Source: Lama guanicoe
Lineage: Eukaryota
Reading direction: 5' to 3'
DNA: 64,000 nucleotides
Assembly: GCA_013239625.1 (NCBI GenBank)
Contig: MU053304.1
Span: 1,302,001-1,366,000, forward strand
Below are positions 52,360-64,000 of the stretch, piece by piece. Positions within the stretch are counted from its first letter, which is position 1. Each line of letters starts with the position of its first letter. The notes beneath the pieces are model-generated. The model was given only the letters and a program-made list of their open reading frames with translations, did not search any database and had not been told where the DNA came from. Position numbers and translations under genes: made by a program.

Positions 52360-55300
52360 AGAGATCAAGATGGCATAGTAGAGGGACTTGAAGCTCACCT
52401 CCTCTCACAAATGCATGAAAGATACATCTACATGTGGAATAACTCTAACAGAATATCTACTGAAAGCTTGTGGAAAATCTCATACAACGAAAGCTGTAAG
52501 AAAGATCCTCATGTCACTGCACTGGATGAAGGGAAAAGGGAAAAGGGAAAAGAAGAGGAATTGGGATGGGACCTGCACACCTGGGAGGGAGCTGTGAAAG
52601 AGGAGAGGTTCTCTCACCCTGGCAAACTCCTTCACCAGCTAGGAGTTCAGCTAGGACACAGGAAGCTTCAGAGGCTTGAGAGAAAAGTGTAGAAGCTGGC
52701 CTGCCACCCCTTATGGTAGAAAGACACCAGCACAGATGGTCCTTGCCATGTGGCCTTTACTTCCCTGCGTGTGCAGCACTGAGTGCTGAAACTCAGGCTT
52801 CTGCAGACAGACACAGGGAGCGGATTTGGTTTGGGTGCATAGAGACATCCTTAAAGGTCTGGAGTGTGGCCCAGGCCACAACTTGGGGTGCATGCACGAT
52901 GGAGAGTGGGCCCACCATAGGAGCCCCATTGTCAATGAAGGAAGGGAGGGGTGTGAATCTGCCATAGCAGCCTCATTATCAGTGTGCTCACAGTGGGGTT
53001 CAGCTCCAGACACTTTAGGTTTTGCAAATTTTGTGGGCTTGCACCCACAGAGGCAGGGCTGAAATCTGAGCTGATTACTGGTGCTTCCCAGTGGAGGTAG
53101 CCGCCAAGGGCAGTGCCAGCAACAGTGATTTTTGTGGGCATGCATATTGGGTGGCAGGCAGTGTCACAGAGTTGCACATTCCTGTGGACAGCTCCTGGGC
53201 AAGAACACACAGCAGCTCCTTTTCCAGAGGGAGCAATCCAGTCCTGCCTACCTCACGTTGCATCTACAGCCAGATCTGGTGGCTTCTACTCCAGTTGTGA
53301 AGCAGACCCTGCCCCAGTAGGGTTGCAACTACCACAGAGCAAAGAGGAGGCCCCACCCAACATCCAGTGCAGGCTCTAGTCACCTCAACACCAAACACAT
53401 GCCCTAACAAGGGAACAACAGTCAGCACACACTGAGAAAAGATGGGGCAAGCCCTCATACCAAAAAGAACCCTCATACCAAAATATTAGACTCATACTAT
53501 GTACACAGGATCATTCCCACATACTTCAAGACCACAGTAGATAACTATTTCTTCTAAATTCATCAAGTCAGAGAAATATAAGCAAAATGAAAAGGCAGAG
53601 GAATTATGTCTAATTAAAAGAACAAGCAGAATCCCCTGAAAAAACAATGAAACAGACCTCTGCAGTCTACTAGACCCCAAGTACAAAAGGAGGTAATAAA
53701 AATACTGAAGGAATTAAGAAAGACTATTGGTAGAAATGCAGATCACTGTAATAAGGAACTAGAAACATGAAGAGGTGCTAATAAAAATGAGACAACTCAA
53801 TTGCCAGATGAAAACTGAGCTAAATGCAATAAACAGCATTTAGATAAATACATTAATAATTAGCATTAAATAATGCAGAAGAATGAATAAATGAGCTGGA
53901 AAATGGAGTAACATAAATAATACAATCAGAGCAACACACAGAAAGACAAATGAAATAAAACAAACAAACAAAAAACAAGATCTATGGGACAATATAAAGC
54001 TTGCCAATCTACACATGGTAGGAATCCCAGAGGAGAAGAAAGCGAATAGGAGATCAAAATGTATTTGAAGAAATTATGGCTGAAAACTTTCCGTATCTAA
54101 AGAAGGAAACTGATAAACAGATACAGGAAGCATGGAGGATCCCTCAAAAAATGAATCCAAACAGATCTACTCCAAGAGATATCATAATTAAAATGGCAAC
54201 AGTTAAAGATAAAGAGGGTTCTAAAGGCAGCAAAAAACAAAAACAAAAACAAAAAATAAACAAACAAAAAACCAAAATCAGTTATAAGAGAAGTCCCATA
54301 AGGCTAACAGCTGATTTCTTTACAAAAACTTTGCAGGTCAGAGGGAGTGGCAAGATCTATTCAAAGTCCTGAAAGGGAAAAATCTGCAACCTAGGATACT
54401 CTATCCAGCAAGACTATCTTTTAGAATAGAAGGAGAGATAAAGAATTTCTCAGACAAGCAAAACTAAAAGAATATAGCAATATCACACCCATCCTAAAAG
54501 AAATATTAAAAGGTCTCCTCTAAATAGAAAAAAAGTGAGAATCTATAGGAAAGGGAAAAATCACAATAGGAAAGGTATAGATAGATAGATAGATAGATAG
54601 ATATAGATATCTATATATAATATAGATAAATATAGATCCCAATTGAAGATCACTTAAATAAGTCAATACACAAATTTAAAAAAAATTTTAAAAATCTGTG
54701 AAAGCAATTATAACTACAATGAACGGCAAAAGGATAAAATAAGGATGTAAAATAGAACATCAAAATCACAAAACATGGAGGAAGGGGTAAGAAAGTGTAG
54801 CTCTTTTAGAATGTGAGTTTATATGACTATCAGTCGAAAGCAAGTAGCTACAGTTATGGGTGAACACTCTTGAAGCCAGGGTAACCACATAAATCAAAAA
54901 CATACAACAGATTCACAAAAACCAAAAAGAAAGAAACTCAAGCACAATACAAAAGAAAACCATCAAACTACAAAAGGAAAAACAAAAACGGAACAAAGAA
55001 GAAATCCAAAATCAACTAGAAAACAGGGTTTATAATGGCAATAAATACTTATCAATAATTACTTTAAGGATCAATGGATCTAATGGTCCAATCAAAATAC
55101 ACAGAGTGGCAGACTGGATAATAAAAAAGAACCTACAATGTGCTGCCTACAAGAGACCCACCTTAGGCAGAAATACGCATATGGATTGAAAGTGAGGGGA
55201 TGAGAAAAGATATTTTGTACAAATGGAAATGACAAGAAAGCAAGGGTACCAATACTCTTATCAGACAAAACAGACTTTAAAACAAAGGCCATAAAGAAAG

Positions 55301-56335
55301 ACAAAGAAGGACACCATATAATGATAAAAGAATCAATACAAGAAGAAGATATCACACTCATTAACATATATGTACATAATATAGTAGCACCTAAATGCAT
55401 AAAACAAGTACTAACAGACATAAAGGGATAAATTGATGGGAATACAATAATAGTAGGAGACTGACATCAATGGATAGATTTTTCAGACAGAAAATCAGTA
55501 AGACAATAGAGATCCTAAATGACATAATAGAACAGTTAGATTTAATTGTTATCTACAGGACACTACACCCAAAAAGAAACAGAATACACATTTTTTCCCA
55601 GTGCACATGGGACATTCTCTAGTATAGACCACATACTAGGACAGAAACAAACCTCAATACATTTAAGAGGATAGAAATTATTTCAAGCACCTTTTCTGAC
55701 CACAATGGCATGAAACTAGAAATCAACCACAAAGAGACAAATGAGGAAAAAACAATTACATGGAGTCTAAATAACATGCTACTAGAAAACCAATGGGCTA
55801 ATGATGAAATCAAAGAGGAAATTAAAAACAAAAAAACGAAAAAAACCTCAAGACAAATGACACTGAGAACAATCACACAAAACCTATAGGATGTAACAAA
55901 AGTGGTCCTATGATACAGACATTTCTCAAAAAACAAGAAAAAAATCCCAAATAAACATCTAAACATTAGAACATTTCCTCAAACTATACACACACACAGA
56001 CACACACACACACAAACTCAGAAGGGCTTAAAGATTTAAATATAAGACATGATACCTTAAAACTAGGAGAAAGCACAGGCAAAACATTCTCTGATATAAA
56101 TCACAGCAATATTTTCTTAGATCAGTCTCCCAAAGCAAAATAAATAAAAGCAGAAATGAACAAAAGGGACCTAATCAAACTTACAAGGTTTTGTATAGCA
56201 AAGGAAATCATAAACAAGATGAAAAGACAGCCTATGAGAGAATATTTGTAAGCAACCCACAAGGGCTTAATTTCCAAAGTATACAAAGAGCTCATACAAC
56301 TCAATATCAAAAAAAAAAATCAAAAAATGGTCCGA
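52360..56335 (+). mobile_element. Decayed LINE-1 with 5' UTR, ORF1 and ORF2 endonuclease, internally deleted and 3'-truncated
   Basis: Starts gagatcaagatggc; ORF1 remnant MAENFPYLKKE...RSTPRDIIIKM...PIRLTADF; ORF2 tgctgcctacaagagacccac; jumps at the (CA)n near 55990 to late ORF2. Confidence 0.92.
54577..54640. repeat. (GATA)n/(TA)n microsatellite within L1
   Basis: Direct observation. Confidence 0.85.
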
Positions 56336-56968
56336 AGTTTATAGTCATTAAGCTGAAATGAACTCTCAGTGATGTTCAGTGATCCTACATCTTGCTGTTC
56401 ATTTCACTTTTTTCCCACATTTTCCTTCACTGAATGACTGTTTTACAGCTTCTCTATTCTCAAAGTCTAACCATCCCTTCTCTCCCTCCCTTTCTCCCCT
56501 CATAACTGGTAACACAGAAGTAACCAGAAGAGTGTAACTGTGTCCTCCTACCAAGGAATACTACAGCCTACCTACATCGGTACCCACTGGACTTCCCTCC
56601 CATTACAGTGCAGAGAATGCCTTGCTTCAGTCTAAGGGCAACCCGCCCACTTGGGCACTGCTTTCTATCACCTCTCCTCGATCTAGGCACAGTCAGTACA
56701 GAACTGCTCCCTCTCACTCCTGTCTCATCAAATTTTCCTTCTCTATTGGAATATTCCTGTAACCATACAGCTTGGCTCAATATTATCCATTTAAAAAATC
56801 TCCCTACACCCCACTCCCCATTCATATACCTCTCCTATTCTGTTTCTCTTTTGAAATTGTTGTCCATATTCTCTGTCTTCACTTTCTCACCTCTCAATCT
56901 GTCTTAAATTTATTCAAGTTTTATCCCTACCAATAATATTCCGGGTTTATGTCTTCCCAGACCTCCAC

Positions 56969-59900
56969 ACTGCCAAATCCAAAGACCAATTCTCAACCCG
57001 CCTCTTACTCCAACCCTCAACCTCTTGTTGTTTACTTCTCCCTTATGGAAATGTTTTCTTCATTTGGCTCCTGAGATGCTATGCCTTTGTGGCTTTCCAG
57101 CTCCCTCCCTGGCTATTCCCGCTCTTCCTGCACATACTGGACTGCCTCAGGGCCAGTCCTCTTACCTATTCTACATCTGCACTCCTTTACCGTGTAATCT
57201 TATTTGCTTTCATGGCTTTGAATGCCAGCCGTGCATGGACAATTCCAAAGTGTGCATCTCTACCCTACATCTCTCCCCTGGACTCCGGATTTTAATTCAG
57301 TCATCTCCAATTTAATGACACTGGTAGGCTTTTTACACTTAGCCAGGTAGGACCTGATTGCTGATCTTCTGAGTCACCTCTTGAAACTTGCTCATCCCCT
57401 AATTTTTCCACATACAGGATTTAGTAAATACATATAACATTTATTAAATGCTAACCATCATTCCAAGCACTTAACATATATTAACTCATCAAACTCTGAC
57501 AGCACTTATGAGGTATATGTTTACTATCCCATTTTATAGATGAAGAAACAGAGGTACAGAGATGTTAACAATTTCTCCAAGGCCAAATAACTATTGAAAA
57601 ACAGGCTTTGTACCAGAGTTCAGGACCTTTAATCACTACACAATATTGCCTTCTACACAAATGACAACTCTATCCTTCAATTTCTTTAGCCAAAACCTTT
57701 GCAGTCTTCTAAGCACTTCTCTTCCTCCATTTTAGCATTTTATCCATTTTCAAATGTCCCTGGCTCTACCATAGAAATATATCCAGTATCTCAACACTTT
57801 TCTTTATATCCATTGCACCAATCTGGTCCCAACTACCATCATCTCTTGCCTGGGCTACTGCAGAGAACTTAAAGGGAGAGAGTTGAAAGCTCTGAAGGGG
57901 ATGGTCATCTGGCTTTGGGATCTGCCATCTTTTTGTCCCCTGAGAGCACTTGTAAATTCTAGACACAGCTAGAAACTGAGAGTCTGGACATGGCACAGGC
58001 AGAAGGCCATGGCTGGAAGACAGAGAAACTAGCAGAACTTTTGATGGTCATTTGAAGTTGGAGTGCAAAGCAAGAGACCTCAGGGAAATTAAAAACTTGA
58101 TTGGTTTCCTCAAGAACTTTTTTCAGTTCTACAGCTGCATGAAGCAAGAGGCTGAAAATATGACAAAACCTTTGAAAAGCATGCAATTGAGAAAACTTGA
58201 CTGCAGTCTCTCAGTTGAAGGCCCTGGGCATCCTCATCTGGGATCAGAGCAAACCAGAGTGATAGTAAATCTTATGAAAAATGCAAGCAAATTTTGAGTT
58301 ATCTCATGCCTGACTGTGCAGTGTAGTCTGCCTCATTATTTCACTTGCCTAGCAGAGGAAAGGGGAATCACTCTTACGCCAAGGAGAACAGTGTTTGGAG
58401 GCCCTATGTCTTGCATACACAATGTCTGGCATTCGATCAAAAGTTAACAGACATGTCAAAAATTAGCACTATAAGACCAAACCAAGAGAAAAAATGATTA
58501 TGGAAACAGATGCAGAGATAATCCATAAATTGGACTTAGCACACAAAATCTGTGATTAAAATGTACAAGAAAATGGATAAAATGGTGGAAAAAACAGAAA
58601 ATTGAATAATTCCACCAGAGAATGGGAACCTACAAAAAATAATCAAATGGACTTTTTAGATCGGAAAAATACAAATTTTTAAGTTAAACTCAATGGAAGG
58701 ATTTAAAAGACAAAATTAGTGAATTGGCTAACGAGAAGACAGAACAATAGAAGATATCGAAAGAAAGTACAGAAATTTAAAAAATGGAAAAATATGAAAG
58801 GAATACATAAGAAACAGTCAAAAGTCTAATATAACCTGTTTCTGAATCCTAAAAAGAAAGAGGAGGAAGCTGGGGGGAGGGCAGAAGAAATAATGGCTAA
58901 GGATTTTCCAAAATGGATAAAAGTCATCAATTCACAAATTCAAGCAACTGTGAAAACACTAACAAGATAAATGCAAAACAAAAACAATCAAAAAAACAAA
59001 ACCAACCCAAAAACAAATGTAGACTCATTACAGTACAAATGCTAACAGAAAAATCTTAGAAGCCATCAGAGAAAAACTTCATGAGCCACAATCAAACGTT
59101 AAGCCATAAACTTTGAAAAATGACTGCCAAATCCAAAGACCAATTCTCAACCCGCCTCTTACTCCAACCCTCAACCTCTTGTTGTTTACTTCTCCCTTAT
59201 GGAAATGTTTTCTTCATTTGGCTCCTGAGATGCTATGCCTTTGTGGCTTTCCAGCTCCCTCCCTGGCTATTCCCGCTCTTCCTGCACATACTGGACTGCC
59301 TCAGGGCCAGTCCTCTTACCTATTCTACATCTGCACTCCTTTACCGTGTAATCTTATTTGCTTTCATGGCTTTGAATGCCAGCCGTGCATGGACAATTCC
59401 AAAGTGTGCATCTCTACCCTACATCTCTCCCCTGGACTCCGGATTTTAATTCAGTCATCTCCAATTTAATGACACTGGTAGGCTTTTTACACTTAGCCAG
59501 GTAGGACCTGATTGCTGATCTTCTGAGTCACCTCTTGAAACTTGCTCATCCCCTAATTTTTCCACATACAGGATTTAGTAAATACATATAACATTTATTA
59601 AATGCTAACCATCATTCCAAGCACTTAACATATATTAACTCATCAAACTCTGACAGCACTTATGAGGTATATGTTTACTATCCCATTTTATAGATGAAGA
59701 AACAGAGGTACAGAGATGTTAACAATTTCTCCAAGGCCAAATAACTATTGAAAAACAGGCTTTGTACCAGAGTTCAGGACCTTTAATCACTACACAATAT
59801 TGCCTTCTACACAAATGACAACTCTATCCTTCAATTTCTTTAGCCAAAATCTTTGCAGTCTTCTAAGCACTTCTCTTCCTCCATTTTAGCATTTTATCCA

Positions 59901-61785
59901 TTTTCAAATGTCCCTGGCTCTACCATAGAAATATATCCAGTATCTCAACACTTTTCTTTATATCCATTGCACCAATCTGGTCCCAACTACCATCATCTCT
60001 TGCCTGGGCTACTGCAGAGAACTTAAAGGGAGAGAGTTGAAAGCTCTGAAGGGGATGGTCATCTGGCTTTGGGATCTGCCATCTTTTTGTCCCCTGAGAG
60101 CACTTGTAAATTCTAGACACAGCTAGAAACTGAGAGTCTGGACATGGCACAGGCAGAAGGCCATGGCTGGAAGACAGAGAAACTAGCAGAACTTTTGATG
60201 GTCATTTGAAGTTGGAGTGCAAAGCAAGAGACCTCAGGGAAATTAAAAACTTGATTGGTTTCCTCAAGAACTTTTTTCAGTTCTACAGCTGCATGAAGCA
60301 AGAGGCTGAAAATATGACAAAACCTTTGAAAAGCATGCAATTGAGAAAACTTGACTGCAGTCTCTCAGTTGAAGGCCCTGGGCATCCTCATCTGGGATCA
60401 GAGCAAACCAGAGGGATAGTAAATCTTATGAAAAATGCAAGCAAATTTTGAGTTATCTCATGCCTGACTGTGCAATGTAGTATGCCTCATTATTTCACTT
60501 GCCTAGCAGAGGAAAGGGGAATCACTCTTATGTCAAGGAGAACAGTGTTTGGAGGCCCTATGTCTTGCATACACAATGTCTGGCATTCGATCAAAAGTTA
60601 ACAGACATGTCAAAAATTAGCACTATAAGACCAAACCAAGAGAAAAAATTATTATGGAAACAGATGCAGAGATAATCCATAAATTGGACTTAGCACACAA
60701 AATCTGTGATTAAAATGTACAAGAAAATGGATAAAATGGTGGAAAAAATAGAAAATTGAATAATTCCACCAGAGAATGGGAACCTACAAAAAATAATCAA
60801 ATGGACTTTTTAGATCGGAAAAATACAAATTTTTAAGTTAAACTCAATGGAAGGATTTAAAAGACAAAGTTAGTGAATTGGCTAACTAGAAGACAGAACA
60901 ATAGAAGATATCGAAAGAAAGTACAGAAATTAAAAAAATGGAAAAATATGAAAGGAATACATAAGAAACAGTCAAAAGTCTAAGTGTAGTCTGCCTCATT
61001 ATTTCACTTGCCTAGCAGAGGAAAGGGGAATCACTCTTACGCCAAGGAGAACAGTGTTTGGAGGCCCTATGTCTTGCATACACAATGTCTGGCATTCGAT
61101 CAAAAGTTAACAGACATGTCAAAAATTAGCACTATAAGACCAAACCAAGAGAAAAAATGATTATGGAAACAGATGCAGAGATAATCCAGAAATTGGACTT
61201 AGCACACAAAATCTGTGATTAAAATGTACAAGAAAATGGATAAAATGGTGGAAAAAACAGAAAATTGAATAATTCCACCAGAGAATGGGAACCTACAAAA
61301 AATAATCAAATGGACTTTTTAGATCGGAAAAATACAAATTTTTAAGTTAAACTCAATGGAAGGATTTAAAAGACAAAATTAGTGAATTGGCTAACGAGAA
61401 GACAGAACAATAGAAGATATCGAAAGAAAGTACAGAAATTTAAAAAATGGAAAAATATGAAAGGAATACATAAGAAACAGTCAAAAGTCTAATATAACCT
61501 GTTTCTGAATCCTAAAAAGAAAGAGGAGGAAGCTGGGGGGAGGGCAGAAGAAATAATGGCTAAGGATTTTCCAAAATGGATAAAAGTCATCAATTCACAA
61601 ATTCAAGCAACTGTGAAAACACTAACAAGATAAATGCAAAACAAAAACAATCAAAAAAACAAAACCAACCCAAAAACAAATGTAGACTCATTACAGTACA
61701 AATGCTAACAGAAAAATCTTAGAAGCCATCAGAGAAAAACTTCATGAGCCACAATCAAACGTTAAGCCATAAACTTTGAAAAATG
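56969..61785 (+). repeat. Near-identical tandem duplication (2154-bp unit) with a nested 509-bp duplication
   Basis: 56969-59122 repeats from 59123; 60984-61785 repeats 58321-59122; ORF track shows identical ORFs offset by 2154. Confidence 0.97.
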
Positions 61786-62439
61786 TCAGTTAATCAATCA
61801 ATCAATCAATCATTCAATTTCTGGTGTGGTGGGGCAAGATTCAAAACACCTCAATCTCCCCCAACTCCCACAAGCAATACAGCTTTCTGTTGAAAAAACT
61901 TGAGTTGGAAAAGGCATTTAAAAATATTATTAATCCTCAAGGAGATGAAACCATGGTGAGGATTTGCCAGGCAAAAGCAAAAGGGAAGGAGAAACCAGAG
62001 AGGTAAGCAGAGCACGGACACAGTTTTGACTTGAGGGCTTTGCTGATCCCAGAGAATCAGGACCTCAGGTTTGACAGCCTTAAGAGGTGGGAGGGACAGA
62101 AAAAAAGCCTAGAGTCCGCACAGGGTGGAGAGCCCAGTGGGAGCCCAGACCCTGACCATGACATCTTCATATGAGAATAAAGTGGAGGGAACAGCTCTGG
62201 ATTTATTTAATTGCAATCCCAGTTAAATCACCTGGGTTCCTCCAGGTTCTCTCAGACGCGGGGCTTGTGTTAAAGAATTCCTACACTGGTGTGCCCTGAG
62301 GCACCTGGATGTAGCAAACGGAAATCCTTTCCAAAGCCTACTGCCTTCACTGCAGTCCCAAATTTACCTATAAATGACTTTTTCCAAATACAATGTTAGC
62401 ACACAGTCAAAGATAACCAGCTATATAAACAAAATAATC

Positions 62440-63030
62440 TTTGTGAAGAGAGTGTGGAAAGGAACAATAGTAACTTTATCGTGGAAAAGCCTGGAAAACA
62501 CCACTTACACCAAATGATCAAGGTCAACATCCTTGATGTTAAGTCAGGTTGACGTGTCCCCTGATGTGATGTGAGGAGAAGGGCATTTTCACCTTAACTA
62601 CAGTCTAATCATGAGAAAGACGTCAAGACAAACCTAAATTGCCAGATTCTACAAAATGCCTGATTAGTACTCTTCAAACTGTCAAGGTCATGAAAGAAGA
62701 GGAAAGACTGAGAAACTGCCACAGACCAGAAGAAAACAGGTAACAGGATGGCTGGATGCAATGTGGCATCCTGGACTGAATCCTGGAACAGAAAATGGAC
62801 ATTGGTGGAAAAAACGGTGAAAGTGAAAAAAAAAAACAAAAAACCTGGGCTTTAGTTAATGGTGGTGTACCATTATTTTCAGTTTTGACAAATATACCAC
62901 AGTCACATAAAAGGCTAACACCACAGGAAATGAAATTGGGTGTTTCTATATACTTACGGAAACTTCTGACAATCTTTGCAACTTTTCTGTAAATACAAAA
63001 TTATTCCCAAACTGAAAGTTTATTTGAAAA
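62440..63030 (+). mobile_element. L1MC-type 3' UTR fragment
   Basis: tgatcaaggtcaacatc...ctaatcatgagaaa...ggcatcctggactgaatcctggaacagaaa...ctttgcaacttttctgtaaat. Confidence 0.75.
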
Positions 63031-64000
63031 GAAGAAACTCTGTCAGTGAGAACTCGCAGAAACAGAAAAAAGGGCCACAAACACCTCATATGTTGAAAGT
63101 ATCAGATGCCAACTATAAAACTTCTTTAATCTGCATAAGGCTTTTTATCAAAAAACAAAACGTATAGCAAGCATCATCCATATTTGCGCAATGATAAAAG
63201 TTTTCCCTTTGGGATAGGAATCAAGATACAGATGGTTACTACACTACTATCTACCATACACAAACTGCTAGCCCACACAGTAAGGTAAGAAAAAGAAGCA
63301 GGAAGTATAAAAATTAGATTGGAAGTAACAAAATTGTCATTATGTATACATTATGTAAATATATATATATATACACACACTTACACACAAAATATGTATC
63401 TCCATACAAGTTATTATTATTTTTTAAAGTTTGCTGAAGTTTCAGTGTATTTTTATATCTTCGTAACAAGTAGCTAGTTTGAGTTATCTGGATATAACTG
63501 CATGAAGATCTTGAGTATCTATGAATAAATCTATCAGAAGGAGTCCAAGACCTCTGGGTAGAAAAGTTTAAATTTTATTAGAAAATATTTTAAAATTAAT
63601 AATATATATATTCCATATTAATGAGATAGAAGACACAATATTATAAAGATGTCAATTCTCTTCAAATTGAGCTGTAGATTCAATGCAATCCTAAAGAAAA
63701 TCTGGACAAGATTTTGACAAACTGACTTGGCAATGGAAAAGGCCAACACACTTTGGAAGAAGAAAAGAATGTGGGAAGGTTTACTCCACCAGTTATCAAG
63801 AAAGCTTTCACATGAAGCTGCTGTCATAATGAAAGTGTAGAGATGAAAAAGGAGAGGCTGTCATAGATCAATGGCAGAGAAGAGAGGGCACAGAAACAGA
63901 CCCTGCACACATGGCCTCTTGGCTAATGAGAAAGGTGGCTTTGCACATCAGTAGGGGAATGAATGGTTTAACAGTTTAAAGAATACTCAGAAAAAAATTG

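Noticed and set aside
40465..56310. ORFs with protein-like motifs (MANRHMK, MFTAALF, MAENFP and their antisense frames)
   Set aside because: Fragments of decayed LINE-1 ORF1/ORF2 with many stops; not host genes or active elements
57025..60451. Identical ORF pairs that look like a duplicated gene
   Set aside because: Products of the 2154-bp tandem duplication of L2/L1-derived sequence; no exon structure or known domains
62819..62828. GAAAGTGAAA IRF/ISRE-like motif
   Set aside because: Lies in an A-rich L1MC fragment with no promoter context; expected by chance

Overview
Mammalian (very likely camelid, from Vic-type tRNA-derived SINEs) genomic DNA. It carries most of an SP100 gene (PML nuclear-body / interferon-induced restriction factor family) on the minus strand. 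I could place 16 in-frame GT-AG coding exons from the HSR/CARD-like domain (37648) to the start of the SAND domain (window edge at 1), including the SUMO site (IKKE), SIM (IIVISSEDS), NLS (RKRR) and the conserved Sp100A read-through terminus (GSGKED*). The first exon(s) and promoter were not found and probably lie beyond 64000. Introns are full of LINE-1, L2, MIR, MaLR and DNA-transposon fossils, and 56969-61785 holds a near-identical nested tandem duplication. The most notable unannotated structure is an 'exon graveyard': several dead paralogous exons with broken splice sites or frameshifts, apparent loss of exons that are coding in human SP100, and remodelled splice sites, all in a run of phase-1 symmetric exons. 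I see no evidence for a wholly new biological system. Most ORFs in the supplied track are repeat-derived or spurious. Comparisons to human SP100/SP110/SP140 and repeat-family names are from memory, not database searches.
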